A stretch of 22,936 bases of DNA from a candidate division WOR-3 bacterium (GCA_003645615.1 QNBE01000022.1:1-22936), one strand, 5' to 3'. Positions 1 through 8,446 are shown, counted from the first letter of the stretch. The notes: generated by a model from the letters alone, not told the origin. A program made the numbers and translations.

Positions 1-378
1 ATCAAGGAGCATATGAGGCCCCACCTCCTCTGCGGTGGTGAACTGACCGATCGGGCGATCAGGAGGTTTCTGCGCGACCTCGGGGATGATTTCATCGGCG
101 CCATGATCCTTGCCTGGGCTGATGGTAAGGCGACTGCGGGTAAGACCAGACATCTGAAGAAACTATATAAGCGGATCATTACCTTCTACCGGATCGAAAA
201 GGAGAAGGCCTCATTTAAGCGGTTGATCAATGGATATGATCTGATCGAACTGGGGCTGAAGCCGGGTCCGATCTTTAAGCAGATCCTGAACGAGGTTGAG
301 GAGCAGCAACGCGACGGTCTGATCAAGACCAAGGCCGAGGCCATCGCCCTGGCCAAGAAGTTAATCGAGGAGGTCTAA
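1..378 (+). CDS. tRNA nucleotidyltransferase (CCA-adding) / poly(A) polymerase family protein, C-terminal fragment; the 5' end lies outside the window
   Basis: The frame-1 ORF is open from base 1 and stops at TAA 376-378. Its C-terminal segment 'NGYDLIELGLKPGPIFKQILNEVEEQQRDGLIKTKAEAIALAKKL' matches the conserved C-terminal helical region of bacterial CCA/PcnB-family enzymes, where the motif reads roughly 'LxxLGxxPGPxxGxxL...'. Confidence 0.6.
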   Translation: MKEHMRPHLLCGGELTDRAIRRFLRDLGDDFIGAMILAWADGKATAGKTRHLKKLYKRIITFYRIEKEKASFKRLINGYDLIELGLKPGPIFKQILNEVEEQQRDGLIKTKAEAIALAKKLIEEV

Positions 379-1803
379 ATGACCGTTGTCCTTGCCGTCT
401 TTATCGGCTATCTCACCGTGATGATTCTGGTCGGTATTATCACCGCCAAGCTGACCAAATCCTTGGATGACTTCATCCTGGGCGGGAGGAGGATGAAGAC
501 CTGTGTCCTGGCCCTATCGGAGAAGGGGACCGACTTCTCTGCCTGGTTGTTGATCGGCCTCCCAGGTCAGGCCTTTAAGATGGGGATCGGCGCGATCTGG
601 GCGGCGATCGGCTGCTGGATCGGATCCCTCTTCAACTGGCTGGTCATCGCCACCCCGCTTAGGAAGTTGACCGGGAAGTTCTCCGCCCTGACCGTTCCGG
701 ACTACTTCGAATCGAGATTCGATGATCGATCCCACCTCCTCAGGATTACCGCCACCCTGGCAATCGTCCTCTTCTTCACCCTCTATGTCTCAGCCCAGGT
801 GGTTGGGGCGGGGAAGATCCTCGCCTCCACCTTCGGGATCGGACAGGTGAGCGGGATGGCGATCGGTCTTTCGATCATCGTCTTCTATACGATCATGGGC
901 GGTTTTATTGCCGAATCCTGGACCGACTTCTTCCAGGCCCTGATTATGGCCGGGGCGGTGATCCTGATTCCGGTTGTGGCGATAATCAGATCCGGTGGTC
1001 TGGCGACGATTATCGGCAATATCCATGGTATTGATCCCAATGCCACCCTCCTTTCGGCCGGTAAGACCGGTGCGGCCCTGTATCTCGGTCTCATCATCGG
1101 CAGCCTGGCCATCGGCCTCGGCTATCCAGGTCAGCCCCATATCGTCATGAGATACATGGCCCTAAGGAGTGAGAAGGAGGTAAAAAAGGGGATGATCTAT
1201 GCAATGTCCTGGACCACGATTGCTGTCTTCGGTGCGATCATGATCGGATTTCTGGCCATCCCCTACCTGAGAGGAGAGATCACCGATCCCGAACATGTCA
1301 CCCTGGCCTTAGCGGCCAAGATACTGCCGAGCTGGCTGGTCGGTTTCATCCTTGCCGCCGCGACCGCCGCGATGATGTCGACGGTCGACTCCCAGCTGCT
1401 GGTTGCCACCTCGGCTGTGACCGAAGATATCTATCGGAAGCTGATCAACCCCGAGGCCACCCAGAAGAGGCTCGTCTTCCTCGCCCGTCTCTTCACCCTT
1501 ATCATTGCGATCATCGGCTTTCTATTGGGACTGAAGGCAACCCAGCTCGTCTACTGGCTCGTCCTCTATGCCTGGGGCGGTCTTGCCGCTACCTTCGGTC
1601 CACCCCTCATCCTATCCCTCAAGTGGAAGGGGACGACAAAATGGGGTGCCTTCGCCGGTATGATTACCGGTGCGGCCACAATTGTCATCTGGTATAATAT
1701 CCCCCAGCTTAAGGCCCTGATCTATGAGCTCGTTCCCGGCTTCTTCTTCTCCCTCTTTGCCACCTATCTGGTGAGTATCCTGACCAAGGAGCATCATGGC
1801 TGA
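379..1803 (+). CDS. putP: Sodium/proline symporter (sodium:solute symporter family)
   Basis: This 474-aa multi-pass membrane protein starts at an ATG directly after the upstream TAA. It shares strong colinear similarity with PutP: 'DDFILGGRR', 'LLIGLPGQAF', 'LTVPDYFESRFDD', 'GGFIAESWTDFFQALIM', 'GYPGQPHIVMRYMA', 'MMSTVDSQLLVATSAVTEDIYRKL' and 'YAWGGLAATFGPPLI'. Confidence 0.85.
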   Translation: MTVVLAVFIGYLTVMILVGIITAKLTKSLDDFILGGRRMKTCVLALSEKGTDFSAWLLIGLPGQAFKMGIGAIWAAIGCWIGSLFNWLVIATPLRKLTGKFSALTVPDYFESRFDDRSHLLRITATLAIVLFFTLYVSAQVVGAGKILASTFGIGQVSGMAIGLSIIVFYTIMGGFIAESWTDFFQALIMAGAVILIPVVAIIRSGGLATIIGNIHGIDPNATLLSAGKTGAALYLGLIIGSLAIGLGYPGQPHIVMRYMALRSEKEVKKGMIYAMSWTTIAVFGAIMIGFLAIPYLRGEITDPEHVTLALAAKILPSWLVGFILAAATAAMMSTVDSQLLVATSAVTEDIYRKLINPEATQKRLVFLARLFTLIIAIIGFLLGLKATQLVYWLVLYAWGGLAATFGPPLILSLKWKGTTKWGAFAGMITGAATIVIWYNIPQLKALIYELVPGFFFSLFATYLVSILTKEHHG

Positions 1804-2794
1804 TGTCCATTTTCTCGATCTGAGGGAGAAATCCGAGGATAATTATCTTAAGCGGTTCTCCCGGTTACTCGATGAATCCGGCCTTCTGGACCGGATCGAT
1901 AGGAACAGGCCAATTGCGATAAAGATCCATCCCGGTGAGGCGGGGAACCTCTACTATGTGAAACCGCACTATGTCCGGATCGTCTACGAGCGGTTGGGTA
2001 ATCGGGCCTTCCTCACCGACACCACCACCCTCTATCCGGGCGAGCGGATGATCGCCCCAACCTACCAAAGGCTGGTCAAGGCCCACGGCTTTGGATTCGC
2101 CCCTTTCCTTGTTGCTGATGGTCTGAGGGGGGAGGCATCGAAACAGATCGATGGCTGTGAGATCGCCGCGGTGATTGATGCCGTTCCCCAGATGGTGGTC
2201 ATCTCCCATATCAAGGGCCATATGGTCACCGGATTTGGTGGTGCGATTAAGAATCTCGGGATGGGTTGTTCGGCCAAGGCGGGTAAGCTCTGGATGCACT
2301 CCCGGTCGAAACCGAAGCTGCGGGAGGAGAGATGTCAGCGCTGCTATATCTGTGTCGAATACTGTCCCAACCAGGCCATCAGTCGAACCGATCCCCCGGT
2401 GATCGATTACCAGCGGTGCACCGGCTGCTGTGGATGCCTATCGGTCTGTCCCTACCGGGCGATCGGTATTGAGTGGAATGCCGAGGCCCGTTATACGACC
2501 GAAGGGATCGTCCGCTATGCCAGGGCGGCGGTTAAAGGTAAGACCTGCATCTATATCAACTTCGTCATTGATATCACCCGCCACTGTGACTGTTTCCATA
2601 CGATCGAGCCGCCGATCGGCCCGGATGTCGGCATCCTCATTGCCACCGATCCGGTCGCAATCGATAAGGCCTCCTACGACCTCATCGAAAAGATAATCAG
2701 GAAGGCCCAACCCCAGACCGAACCCCACTATCAGATTGAGAAAGGGGTCGAGATCGGGTTGGGAACCGATCAGGTTCAGCTGATCAGGATCTAA
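1796..2794 (+). CDS. DUF362 domain protein with two 4Fe-4S ferredoxin-type clusters
   Basis: The 332-aa ORF starts at an ATG that overlaps the putP stop by 8 nt. It carries two CxxCxxCxxxCP motifs ('CQRCYICVEYCP' and 'CTGCCGCLSVCP') set inside a DUF362-like scaffold. Confidence 0.7.
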   Translation: MADVHFLDLREKSEDNYLKRFSRLLDESGLLDRIDRNRPIAIKIHPGEAGNLYYVKPHYVRIVYERLGNRAFLTDTTTLYPGERMIAPTYQRLVKAHGFGFAPFLVADGLRGEASKQIDGCEIAAVIDAVPQMVVISHIKGHMVTGFGGAIKNLGMGCSAKAGKLWMHSRSKPKLREERCQRCYICVEYCPNQAISRTDPPVIDYQRCTGCCGCLSVCPYRAIGIEWNAEARYTTEGIVRYARAAVKGKTCIYINFVIDITRHCDCFHTIEPPIGPDVGILIATDPVAIDKASYDLIEKIIRKAQPQTEPHYQIEKGVEIGLGTDQVQLIRI

Positions 2795-2806
2795 CCGCCT
2801 CATCGG

Positions 2807-2834
2807 TTGACCAGTTCTGATTGCGGGGTATAAT
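2807..2834 (+). promoter_or_regulatory. Sigma70-type promoter: -35 TTGACC (2807-2812), 16-nt spacer, -10 TATAAT (2829-2834)
   Basis: The -35 is near-consensus and the -10 is perfect. It lies about 40 nt upstream of the GGAAGGAG RBS and ATG of the 2876 gene. A 10/11 copy of the ATTTTATCGAT motif (ATTTTATAGAT, 2833-2843) overlaps the -10 and the transcription start. Confidence 0.6.
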
Positions 2835-2875
2835 TTTATAGATGATCGATTGGTTAATAAGGGAAGGAGTAAGAG

Positions 2876-3118
2876 ATGACGAACTGGGCCTTGGTTACCT
2901 TTATACTTGGCCTTATGGCCTTTCTCTTTAATACCTTTGGGATCTTTACCTGGTTCGAGCAGTTCTGGGGCCTGATCATGATGCTCATCTCCCTCGGCAT
3001 GTTTACCCGGATTGCTAATAAGGAGAGGGAGGGCGAAAAGGAGAAGCTCCGTGAGATGGTTGAGGATCTTAAACGAAGGATTGCCGAACTGGAAGGGGGT
3101 GAGGAGAAGGGATCTTAG
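2876..3118 (+). CDS. Small membrane protein: two predicted TM helices plus a charged coiled-coil tail; function unknown
   Basis: The 80-aa ORF has a strong RBS (GGAAGGAG, 7 nt upstream). Its N-terminal half is hydrophobic ('WALVTFILGLMAFLFNTFGIFTWFEQFWGLIMMLISLGMF') and its C-terminal tail is E/K/R-rich. It is the first gene behind the 2807-2834 promoter. Confidence 0.5.
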   Translation: MTNWALVTFILGLMAFLFNTFGIFTWFEQFWGLIMMLISLGMFTRIANKEREGEKEKLREMVEDLKRRIAELEGGEEKGS

Positions 3119-3130
3119 ATTGACAGCGAA

Positions 3131-3805
3131 TTGGGAGATGGTAAAATAATCTCAACGATGGAGATCGATCTCGGATTCTATCGGGGTCCACTCGCCCTCC
3201 TCCTCTATCTCTGCCAGAAGCACGAGATCGACATTATGGATGTTCCGATTGCCCGGATTACCGATCTCTATCTGGCATCAATCGATAAACTTGATATCGA
3301 TGAGGTTGGTGAATACCTCATCCTCGCCACAATTCTGGTGATGATGAAGCTGAGGGCGATCCTGAAAAGACCCGAAGAGGAGTCCGAGGCGATTACCTTA
3401 GAGCGGATCGCTGAGGAATTTCAGAGCTATAAGGATGCGGTGGACCACTTACAAACGAGGGTGAGGCTTGAGGAGCGTTACCTATCTCGACCCGGTGAGA
3501 AGAGCGAGGTTTTGCCCAGATTCGACACCATCCTCCTTGCGGAACTATTGAAGGAGATAAATCGCCGTCGGAGGGCCAAGATCCCGATCCCAACGGTCAG
3601 AGTCGATCGGAGTGAGATCGAGGCCAAGCTCGAACGATATCTGGATCAGACGCCATTTGTGGAGCTGAGCCAGATCTTCCAGGAGCTGGAGTCGATCGAG
3701 GCCTGTATTATGCTTTTTCTCATTATCCTCGACTGGGTGATGAAAAGGCGAATCACGGTCTTTCAGGAGAAACCCCTCGCCCCGGTCCTGCTCCGGCGCC
3801 GGTGA
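3131..3805 (+). CDS. scpA: Segregation and condensation protein A (SMC kleisin)
   Basis: 'FYRGPLALLLYLCQKHEIDIMDVPIARITDLYL' matches the ScpA N-terminal signature, and the length (224 aa) fits. The start could instead be Met10 at 3158. No scpB follows. Confidence 0.8.
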   Translation: MGDGKIISTMEIDLGFYRGPLALLLYLCQKHEIDIMDVPIARITDLYLASIDKLDIDEVGEYLILATILVMMKLRAILKRPEEESEAITLERIAEEFQSYKDAVDHLQTRVRLEERYLSRPGEKSEVLPRFDTILLAELLKEINRRRRAKIPIPTVRVDRSEIEAKLERYLDQTPFVELSQIFQELESIEACIMLFLIILDWVMKRRITVFQEKPLAPVLLRRR

Positions 3806-4905
3806 TCTTCCTCCTCTTCACCCTCCAGTTCTTGGAACCGGAAGATAGTAACAACCTCTACCTCATGGATCTAATGCTTGCGACTCCGGAAGAGCAATTT
3901 GTGATTGGTTTTGATTCGCTCTTATCCGGCCTCTACACCAACCAGGGCTGTTTGGATCTCATGAACTGGTATATTGAGCTCCTCATCAAATCCGATTTTT
4001 ATCTCTCCCGTAGAGTATGCCTCCGCTACCGGTATCGAAAACTGGGTGACTATGATCGGCAGATTGATGAGCATCGATTTGAACCGACCCTCAATCTAAA
4101 AAGGATCAGATTCCATCTCATGATCAGCCCGAAGTATTATAAGGGTGGGGATGAGATCGGGGCCGGGTTCTCACTTGGTGATTATCTAAACTATCTTGAG
4201 ATCTTTCTTACCATCCCGGATTTTGATCGGAACTTCTCATTGAGAGATACCCCGGACACCCTCCCCCGCTATCTCTATAAGAGGTTTCCGATCCGACTTA
4301 CTTTTGAAATCCGGAAGCGTTGGCAGCAGGGCTATGCCAAGCTTCTCCTCGATCGGACGATGACCTCATTCCAGGTATGGAGTGGGCATGAGACGAGGAA
4401 GGAGGATCGCTGGAATCTCCTCCTCTACCTCACCTCCTGGCACGGCCGGTTCAATCTGGAACTTAATACCAGGTATGATGAGAGGAACCGGAGGGATTTT
4501 CTACTCCCAACCCGGGAGCTCCGCCCCGACACCCTCAACTGGCTTGAGATCCAGCCCGGAATCGGATTCCGTTTTTCACCCAAGCTATCGGTCTACTTCC
4601 GCTACCGGATCGATAGCAAGCGCCACCTCCGAAACCAATTCGATTATCATCGGAGCGGTAACAGCCAGTATCTCGATCTCCACTATCGGATGTCCGATCA
4701 ATATCTCTGGCATTTCGGCTATCAGGGTGAGTATCTCAAATCAGGAGAGTTGAAGATCGTCAATAATCACCGGTTTATCATCGGCCTTGAGTATATCTTT
4801 CCTAAGGGGAGATTTGTATTATGGGAGGGGATTGAGGCGGACCGTCCCTTCAGGATTTTGAGATTTCACAACCATACCTACCTCAGCCTGCTGGTCAGTT
4901 TCTGA
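3802..4905 (+). CDS. Hypothetical protein, predicted outer-membrane beta-barrel (PorP/SprF-like is a possibility)
   Basis: The 367-aa ORF has a GTG start inside a GTGA overlap with the scpA stop. It shows alternating aromatic/hydrophobic dipeptide periodicity, is rich in Y/R/F, and ends in a C-terminal Phe ('LLVSF'), as OMP barrels typically do. Its N-terminus is hydrophobic but is not a canonical signal peptide, so the start is uncertain. Confidence 0.5.
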   Translation: MIFLLFTLQFLEPEDSNNLYLMDLMLATPEEQFVIGFDSLLSGLYTNQGCLDLMNWYIELLIKSDFYLSRRVCLRYRYRKLGDYDRQIDEHRFEPTLNLKRIRFHLMISPKYYKGGDEIGAGFSLGDYLNYLEIFLTIPDFDRNFSLRDTPDTLPRYLYKRFPIRLTFEIRKRWQQGYAKLLLDRTMTSFQVWSGHETRKEDRWNLLLYLTSWHGRFNLELNTRYDERNRRDFLLPTRELRPDTLNWLEIQPGIGFRFSPKLSVYFRYRIDSKRHLRNQFDYHRSGNSQYLDLHYRMSDQYLWHFGYQGEYLKSGELKIVNNHRFIIGLEYIFPKGRFVLWEGIEADRPFRILRFHNHTYLSLLVSF

Positions 4906-6548
4906 AAGAACTCAAGGGCAGATCGAGATCGGTAGTATTGATAGTTGAGATAGGCGGACTTGAGATAGATCGATGAGATGAGGAAGCGGTGGCGGTCATC
5001 GATCCGGTCCGGGAGCCGGATCGTCAACCGGTCAAAGTCAAATGTGTCGGCCTCGGTTCCAACCCTCATCAGGAGTCCCTCCGGTTTGAGGGGAAGACCG
5101 GAGAGGGCCCGATTCAGATCCAGATCCGGGATGGGACTAAGGATATAGACCCGCCGATCCTTCCGTCCCAGCTCCACCATCCCCCGGATCAGGGCTTCGA
5201 AACGTTCCTGGATCAGGGCCCGATCATAGGGGAGGTCGTGTTCGAAGCGGAAGAGCTCCTTTCGGTAGGCTGAGAGTTGATCCTTAAGGCCTTCACAGAG
5301 CTCGGGATATCGCCTCCGGAGATAATCGAGATACCATGACCTCCGTAATAGCTCCTTGTCAATAAGCCAGTGGCCACCGGCCCGATTCTCAACCACATCG
5401 TAATAGAGAAGGGGGGAGTAGCAGTCCCAGACATTACAGATAAGCAGTGACTTTGATCGGAGGTGTTTGATGATGTTCTGAGCCAGATCATCGGCGAAGC
5501 GGTAGTCCCGGCCGTTCGACTGGGGGAGATGGATCAATGGGAGGAGAGCGAGCATGGGAAGATAGCGGAGTCTCAACACCGCCAGGCCCCGGGCAAGAAG
5601 AATCGCCACCATTAGTAGAGAGGGGATGAAATAGGATTCGACATCGGGGATGGAGTAGTTGATGCTATAGCCGATATTGAGTGCCAGGATGGCCAGATAG
5701 AGATAACCGTCTCTATGGAGTCGGATCAGGCCGAGGAGGAGAAGGGGGATGAGGATGAAGAGGAGCTCATGGGCAAATCTCACCAGAGCAGTCCCCAGAT
5801 TCCCTACCACCTCTGATAATGGGAGGGAGAACATCCAGACGCGATACTGCTTGCCGGTAATATGCCAGATGAGACGCTCAAGAGTTGAGGGGTCGCCCCA
5901 GTTGAGGATCGGTGCCGACTGGGCCCGGATCGGAAGATAAAAGTAGAGTGATAGGCCGAGGAGGAAGAGGAGGGGATGGAGGGGTCGGACCCGCCTTTTG
6001 ATAAGAAGGAAGATTGCTATGGGCAGGACGACCGATAGCCCGATCATATGATTGGTGAGGGTAAGTCCCAAGAGATACCAGAGGATGGTGTCGTGGCCTT
6101 TTTGAAAGAGATAGAGATCGATCGCAAGGAGGAGGTAGGTGAGGGCATATACTTCGGTAAGGTTGGCGATCGACCAGATCGTGGTTGAGAAGGCAAGGAA
6201 CGAGACCGGGACCAGGGCGAGGAGCCGGTCCTTCATGAGTTCCTTGAAGAAGAGAAAGAGGAAGAGGGAGGCGAGGGCAGCGGCAGCGGCGGAGAGGAGA
6301 TTGGTCCGGAAAGGGATCGATCCGATCGGAAGTAAGGCGAAGATCCGACCGAGGATGGTGTAGAGAGGGTAGCCGGTGGGATGGGCGATACCAAGGGTAT
6401 AAAGCACTGCGGTCAGCTCACCGGAATCGATCAGACCAAGACCCGGGTAGAGGGTATAGAGATAGATGAGGAAGACAATTGTCGGAACGAGGAATCTAAG
6501 TAAGTCTGGCGATGATCTCTTTGCCGGTATACTCTCTCTGTTCACCAC
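4878..6548 (-). CDS. DUF2723 / TMEM260-like polytopic membrane protein (putative GT-C-fold glycosyltransferase)
   Basis: The 556-aa protein has many TM segments in its N-terminal two-thirds and the family-typical 'GLIDSGELTAVLYTLGIAHPTGYPLYTILGRIF' near the N-terminus, followed by a soluble C-terminal region. The annotated start is a GTG that overlaps the hisS 3' end by 53 nt, so the true start is uncertain. The 3' end overlaps the convergent 3802 gene by 28 nt. Confidence 0.7.
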   Translation of the reverse strand: MVNRESIPAKRSSPDLLRFLVPTIVFLIYLYTLYPGLGLIDSGELTAVLYTLGIAHPTGYPLYTILGRIFALLPIGSIPFRTNLLSAAAAALASLFLFLFFKELMKDRLLALVPVSFLAFSTTIWSIANLTEVYALTYLLLAIDLYLFQKGHDTILWYLLGLTLTNHMIGLSVVLPIAIFLLIKRRVRPLHPLLFLLGLSLYFYLPIRAQSAPILNWGDPSTLERLIWHITGKQYRVWMFSLPLSEVVGNLGTALVRFAHELLFILIPLLLLGLIRLHRDGYLYLAILALNIGYSINYSIPDVESYFIPSLLMVAILLARGLAVLRLRYLPMLALLPLIHLPQSNGRDYRFADDLAQNIIKHLRSKSLLICNVWDCYSPLLYYDVVENRAGGHWLIDKELLRRSWYLDYLRRRYPELCEGLKDQLSAYRKELFRFEHDLPYDRALIQERFEALIRGMVELGRKDRRVYILSPIPDLDLNRALSGLPLKPEGLLMRVGTEADTFDFDRLTIRLPDRIDDRHRFLISSIYLKSAYLNYQYYRSRSALEFFQKLTSRLR

Positions 6549-7716
6549 TCACCATATCCCTCAGGATATACTTCCCCTTCTTCAGCTCCTCGCTCCCGAT
6601 CATAATGGCCCAGCCGCAATTGAGGCGATCGGCCTGGCGGAGCTGCTTCTTAAGACTCATCTCCGGATCACCGAGGATGACGGTCTTGCCTTTACCATGG
6701 AGTTCAAGCTGAAGCGATCGGGCCTCCTGGTAGAGCCCGCCGATCTGGGCGATGAAGATTGGACGGGGAGGTTCGATCCGTTTCTTGATCAGAAGGAGGG
6801 TCCGATCGATCCCGAGGGCAAAGCCGACCGCCGGGGTGGGATTGCCACCGAAGAGCTCGATCAAGAGGTCATATCTTCCTCCCCCGATGATCGTATTCTG
6901 ACCACCGAGTTCGGGCACGACAAATTCGAAGACGGTCCGGGTGTAATAATCGAGGCCCCGGGCCAGACCAGGGTGTTCGGTGTAAGGGATGGCGGATTTC
7001 TCCAGATACCCCTTGAGTTTATGGTAATGCTCACTACAGGCAGAACAGAGGTGTTCGATGATCTTGGGTGCCTCTCTCTTAAACGGCTGGCACCGTTCCT
7101 CCTTGCAGTCGAAGAAGCGCATCGGATTCTTGATGATCCTCCGCCGACAATCGGGACAGAGGTCATCCCGATGCTTCTCGAGGAAGGTGTTGAGCCGGGA
7201 GTAGTAGGGCCTCCGGCAGTCCGGACAGCCAATCGAGTTGATAAGGAGCTGGCAGTCGATCTTGAAGTGGGTGACAATCCGATGGCCGATTTCGATCACT
7301 TCCCGATCGGCAAAGGGGGATGGGTTGCCAACATATTCGATCCCGATCTGAAAAAATTCTCTCAGTCTCCCCTTCTGGGGCCGCTCCCGACGATACATCC
7401 CACCATAATAGTAGAGTCGAATCGGAGTCTTCAGATTGTTCTCGATCAGGGCCCTCATTACCGGCGCCGTCCCTTCCGGTCTCAGGGTGAGACTCCTTCC
7501 CCCTTTATCCTTGAAGGTATACATCTCCTTCTCAACGATGTCGGTCGTCTCACCGATCGATCGGATGAACAACTCCGTGTTCTCGAACACCGGGGTTCGT
7601 ATCTCCTGATAACCGTATAACTCCAAGATCTGCCGAATCTCGGTCTCAAACCACCGCCAGGTGGATGCCTCTTCAGGGAGGAGATCCTTAGTCCCTTTTA
7701 CCCTGTGGTATCTCAT
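6496..7716 (-). CDS. hisS: Histidine--tRNA ligase
   Basis: 'KGTKDLLPEE', 'RPEGTAPVMRA', 'YYYGGMYRRERPQKGR', 'RGLDYYTRTVFEF' and 'GGGRYD' are class II HisRS motifs. The insertion domain carries four CxxC pairs. The ATG sits in an ATGA overlap with the VanZ stop. Confidence 0.9.
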   Translation of the reverse strand: MRYHRVKGTKDLLPEEASTWRWFETEIRQILELYGYQEIRTPVFENTELFIRSIGETTDIVEKEMYTFKDKGGRSLTLRPEGTAPVMRALIENNLKTPIRLYYYGGMYRRERPQKGRLREFFQIGIEYVGNPSPFADREVIEIGHRIVTHFKIDCQLLINSIGCPDCRRPYYSRLNTFLEKHRDDLCPDCRRRIIKNPMRFFDCKEERCQPFKREAPKIIEHLCSACSEHYHKLKGYLEKSAIPYTEHPGLARGLDYYTRTVFEFVVPELGGQNTIIGGGRYDLLIELFGGNPTPAVGFALGIDRTLLLIKKRIEPPRPIFIAQIGGLYQEARSLQLELHGKGKTVILGDPEMSLKKQLRQADRLNCGWAIMIGSEELKKGKYILRDMVSGEQREYTGKEIIARLT

Positions 7717-8009
7717 CCACGTAACAGAAGAGGAAAGAGCCCACCAATGAGATTGGCACAGAGATCGGGGAGTTCAACCGAACGGAGGGGAACGAAGAGC
7801 TGCTGGAGTTCGCTCCAGAAAGCGATCCCAATCACAACCAGGAGTGCATCTCTCAATCTTAAAACTCTCCGGGCGAGGATGGCGAGGAGGAAGAACATAC
7901 CGAAGTGGATGATCTTGTCGTAGGGAAAGCCATGGAGATGGATCCTTTCTGGGATTGGGATTGCAGTAACTGTGAGGATGAGTGCGGCGTAGAGGATGAG
8001 GATCTTCAC
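7713..8009 (-). CDS. VanZ-like family small membrane protein
   Basis: The 98-aa hydrophobic protein carries 'DKIIHFGMFFLLAIL', which resembles the VanZ-family core. Its GTG start lies in a GTGA overlap and is preceded by GGGAGGAGGA. Confidence 0.6.
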   Translation of the reverse strand: MKILILYAALILTVTAIPIPERIHLHGFPYDKIIHFGMFFLLAILARRVLRLRDALLVVIGIAFWSELQQLFVPLRSVELPDLCANLIGGLFPLLLRG

Positions 8010-8446
8010 TCCTCCTCCCGGGAGTCGAGAAAGCGGATGATCTCCTGGGGCGATTTGATCCGGATCAGGTGTTTCTGAATCGACTCCTGGGCCAGGAGTT
8101 CAATAAAGGTGGCGAGAATCCGGGCATGATCAGAAGAGCCCTTGGGGATGGCAAGAAGTAGGGCGATCTTGACCGGGCGCCGGTCAAGTGATTCGAAGTC
8201 GATCGGGTTCTTCAGGATCGCCAAGCAACCGAGGGGCCGATCCAGACCATCAATCAGGCAACGGGGGATGGCTATCCCGTCTCCGATACCGGTGGACATG
8301 ATCCGCTCCCGTTTGATCACCGCCTTATGGATCTTTCGCCAGTTTTTGATCTTCAGATTTTCACACAATTCCAGGAGGAGGTCCTGTTTATTTTCAACGG
8401 TGAGATCGATCAGAACCCGTTCTGGGGTAAGTATCTCAGTCACCAT
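8006..8446 (-). CDS. PTS EIIA type-2 (PtsN/EIIA-Ntr-like) domain protein with an Arg at the phospho-acceptor position
   Basis: The 146-aa protein has 'RIMSTGIGDGIAIPRC', which aligns to the PtsN 'KMGSTGIGNGIAIPHG' signature. The His is replaced by Arg62 (codon at 8261-8263). A second conserved His is retained in 'SSDHARIL'. Confidence 0.75.
   Translation of the reverse strand: MVTEILTPERVLIDLTVENKQDLLLELCENLKIKNWRKIHKAVIKRERIMSTGIGDGIAIPRCLIDGLDRPLGCLAILKNPIDFESLDRRPVKIALLLAIPKGSSDHARILATFIELLAQESIQKHLIRIKSPQEIIRFLDSREEE

Noticed and set aside
4382-4753. 123-aa + ORF in an alternative frame inside the 3802-4905 gene
   Set aside because: It is out-of-frame overlap with a longer ORF that has coherent OMP-like periodicity. 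Its Ser/Gly/Thr-rich composition is typical of frame-shifted coding sequence.
6466-7620. 384-aa ORF on the + strand
   Set aside because: It is entirely antisense to the well-supported hisS gene. It has no recognisable motifs and a low-complexity composition, so it is a shadow ORF.
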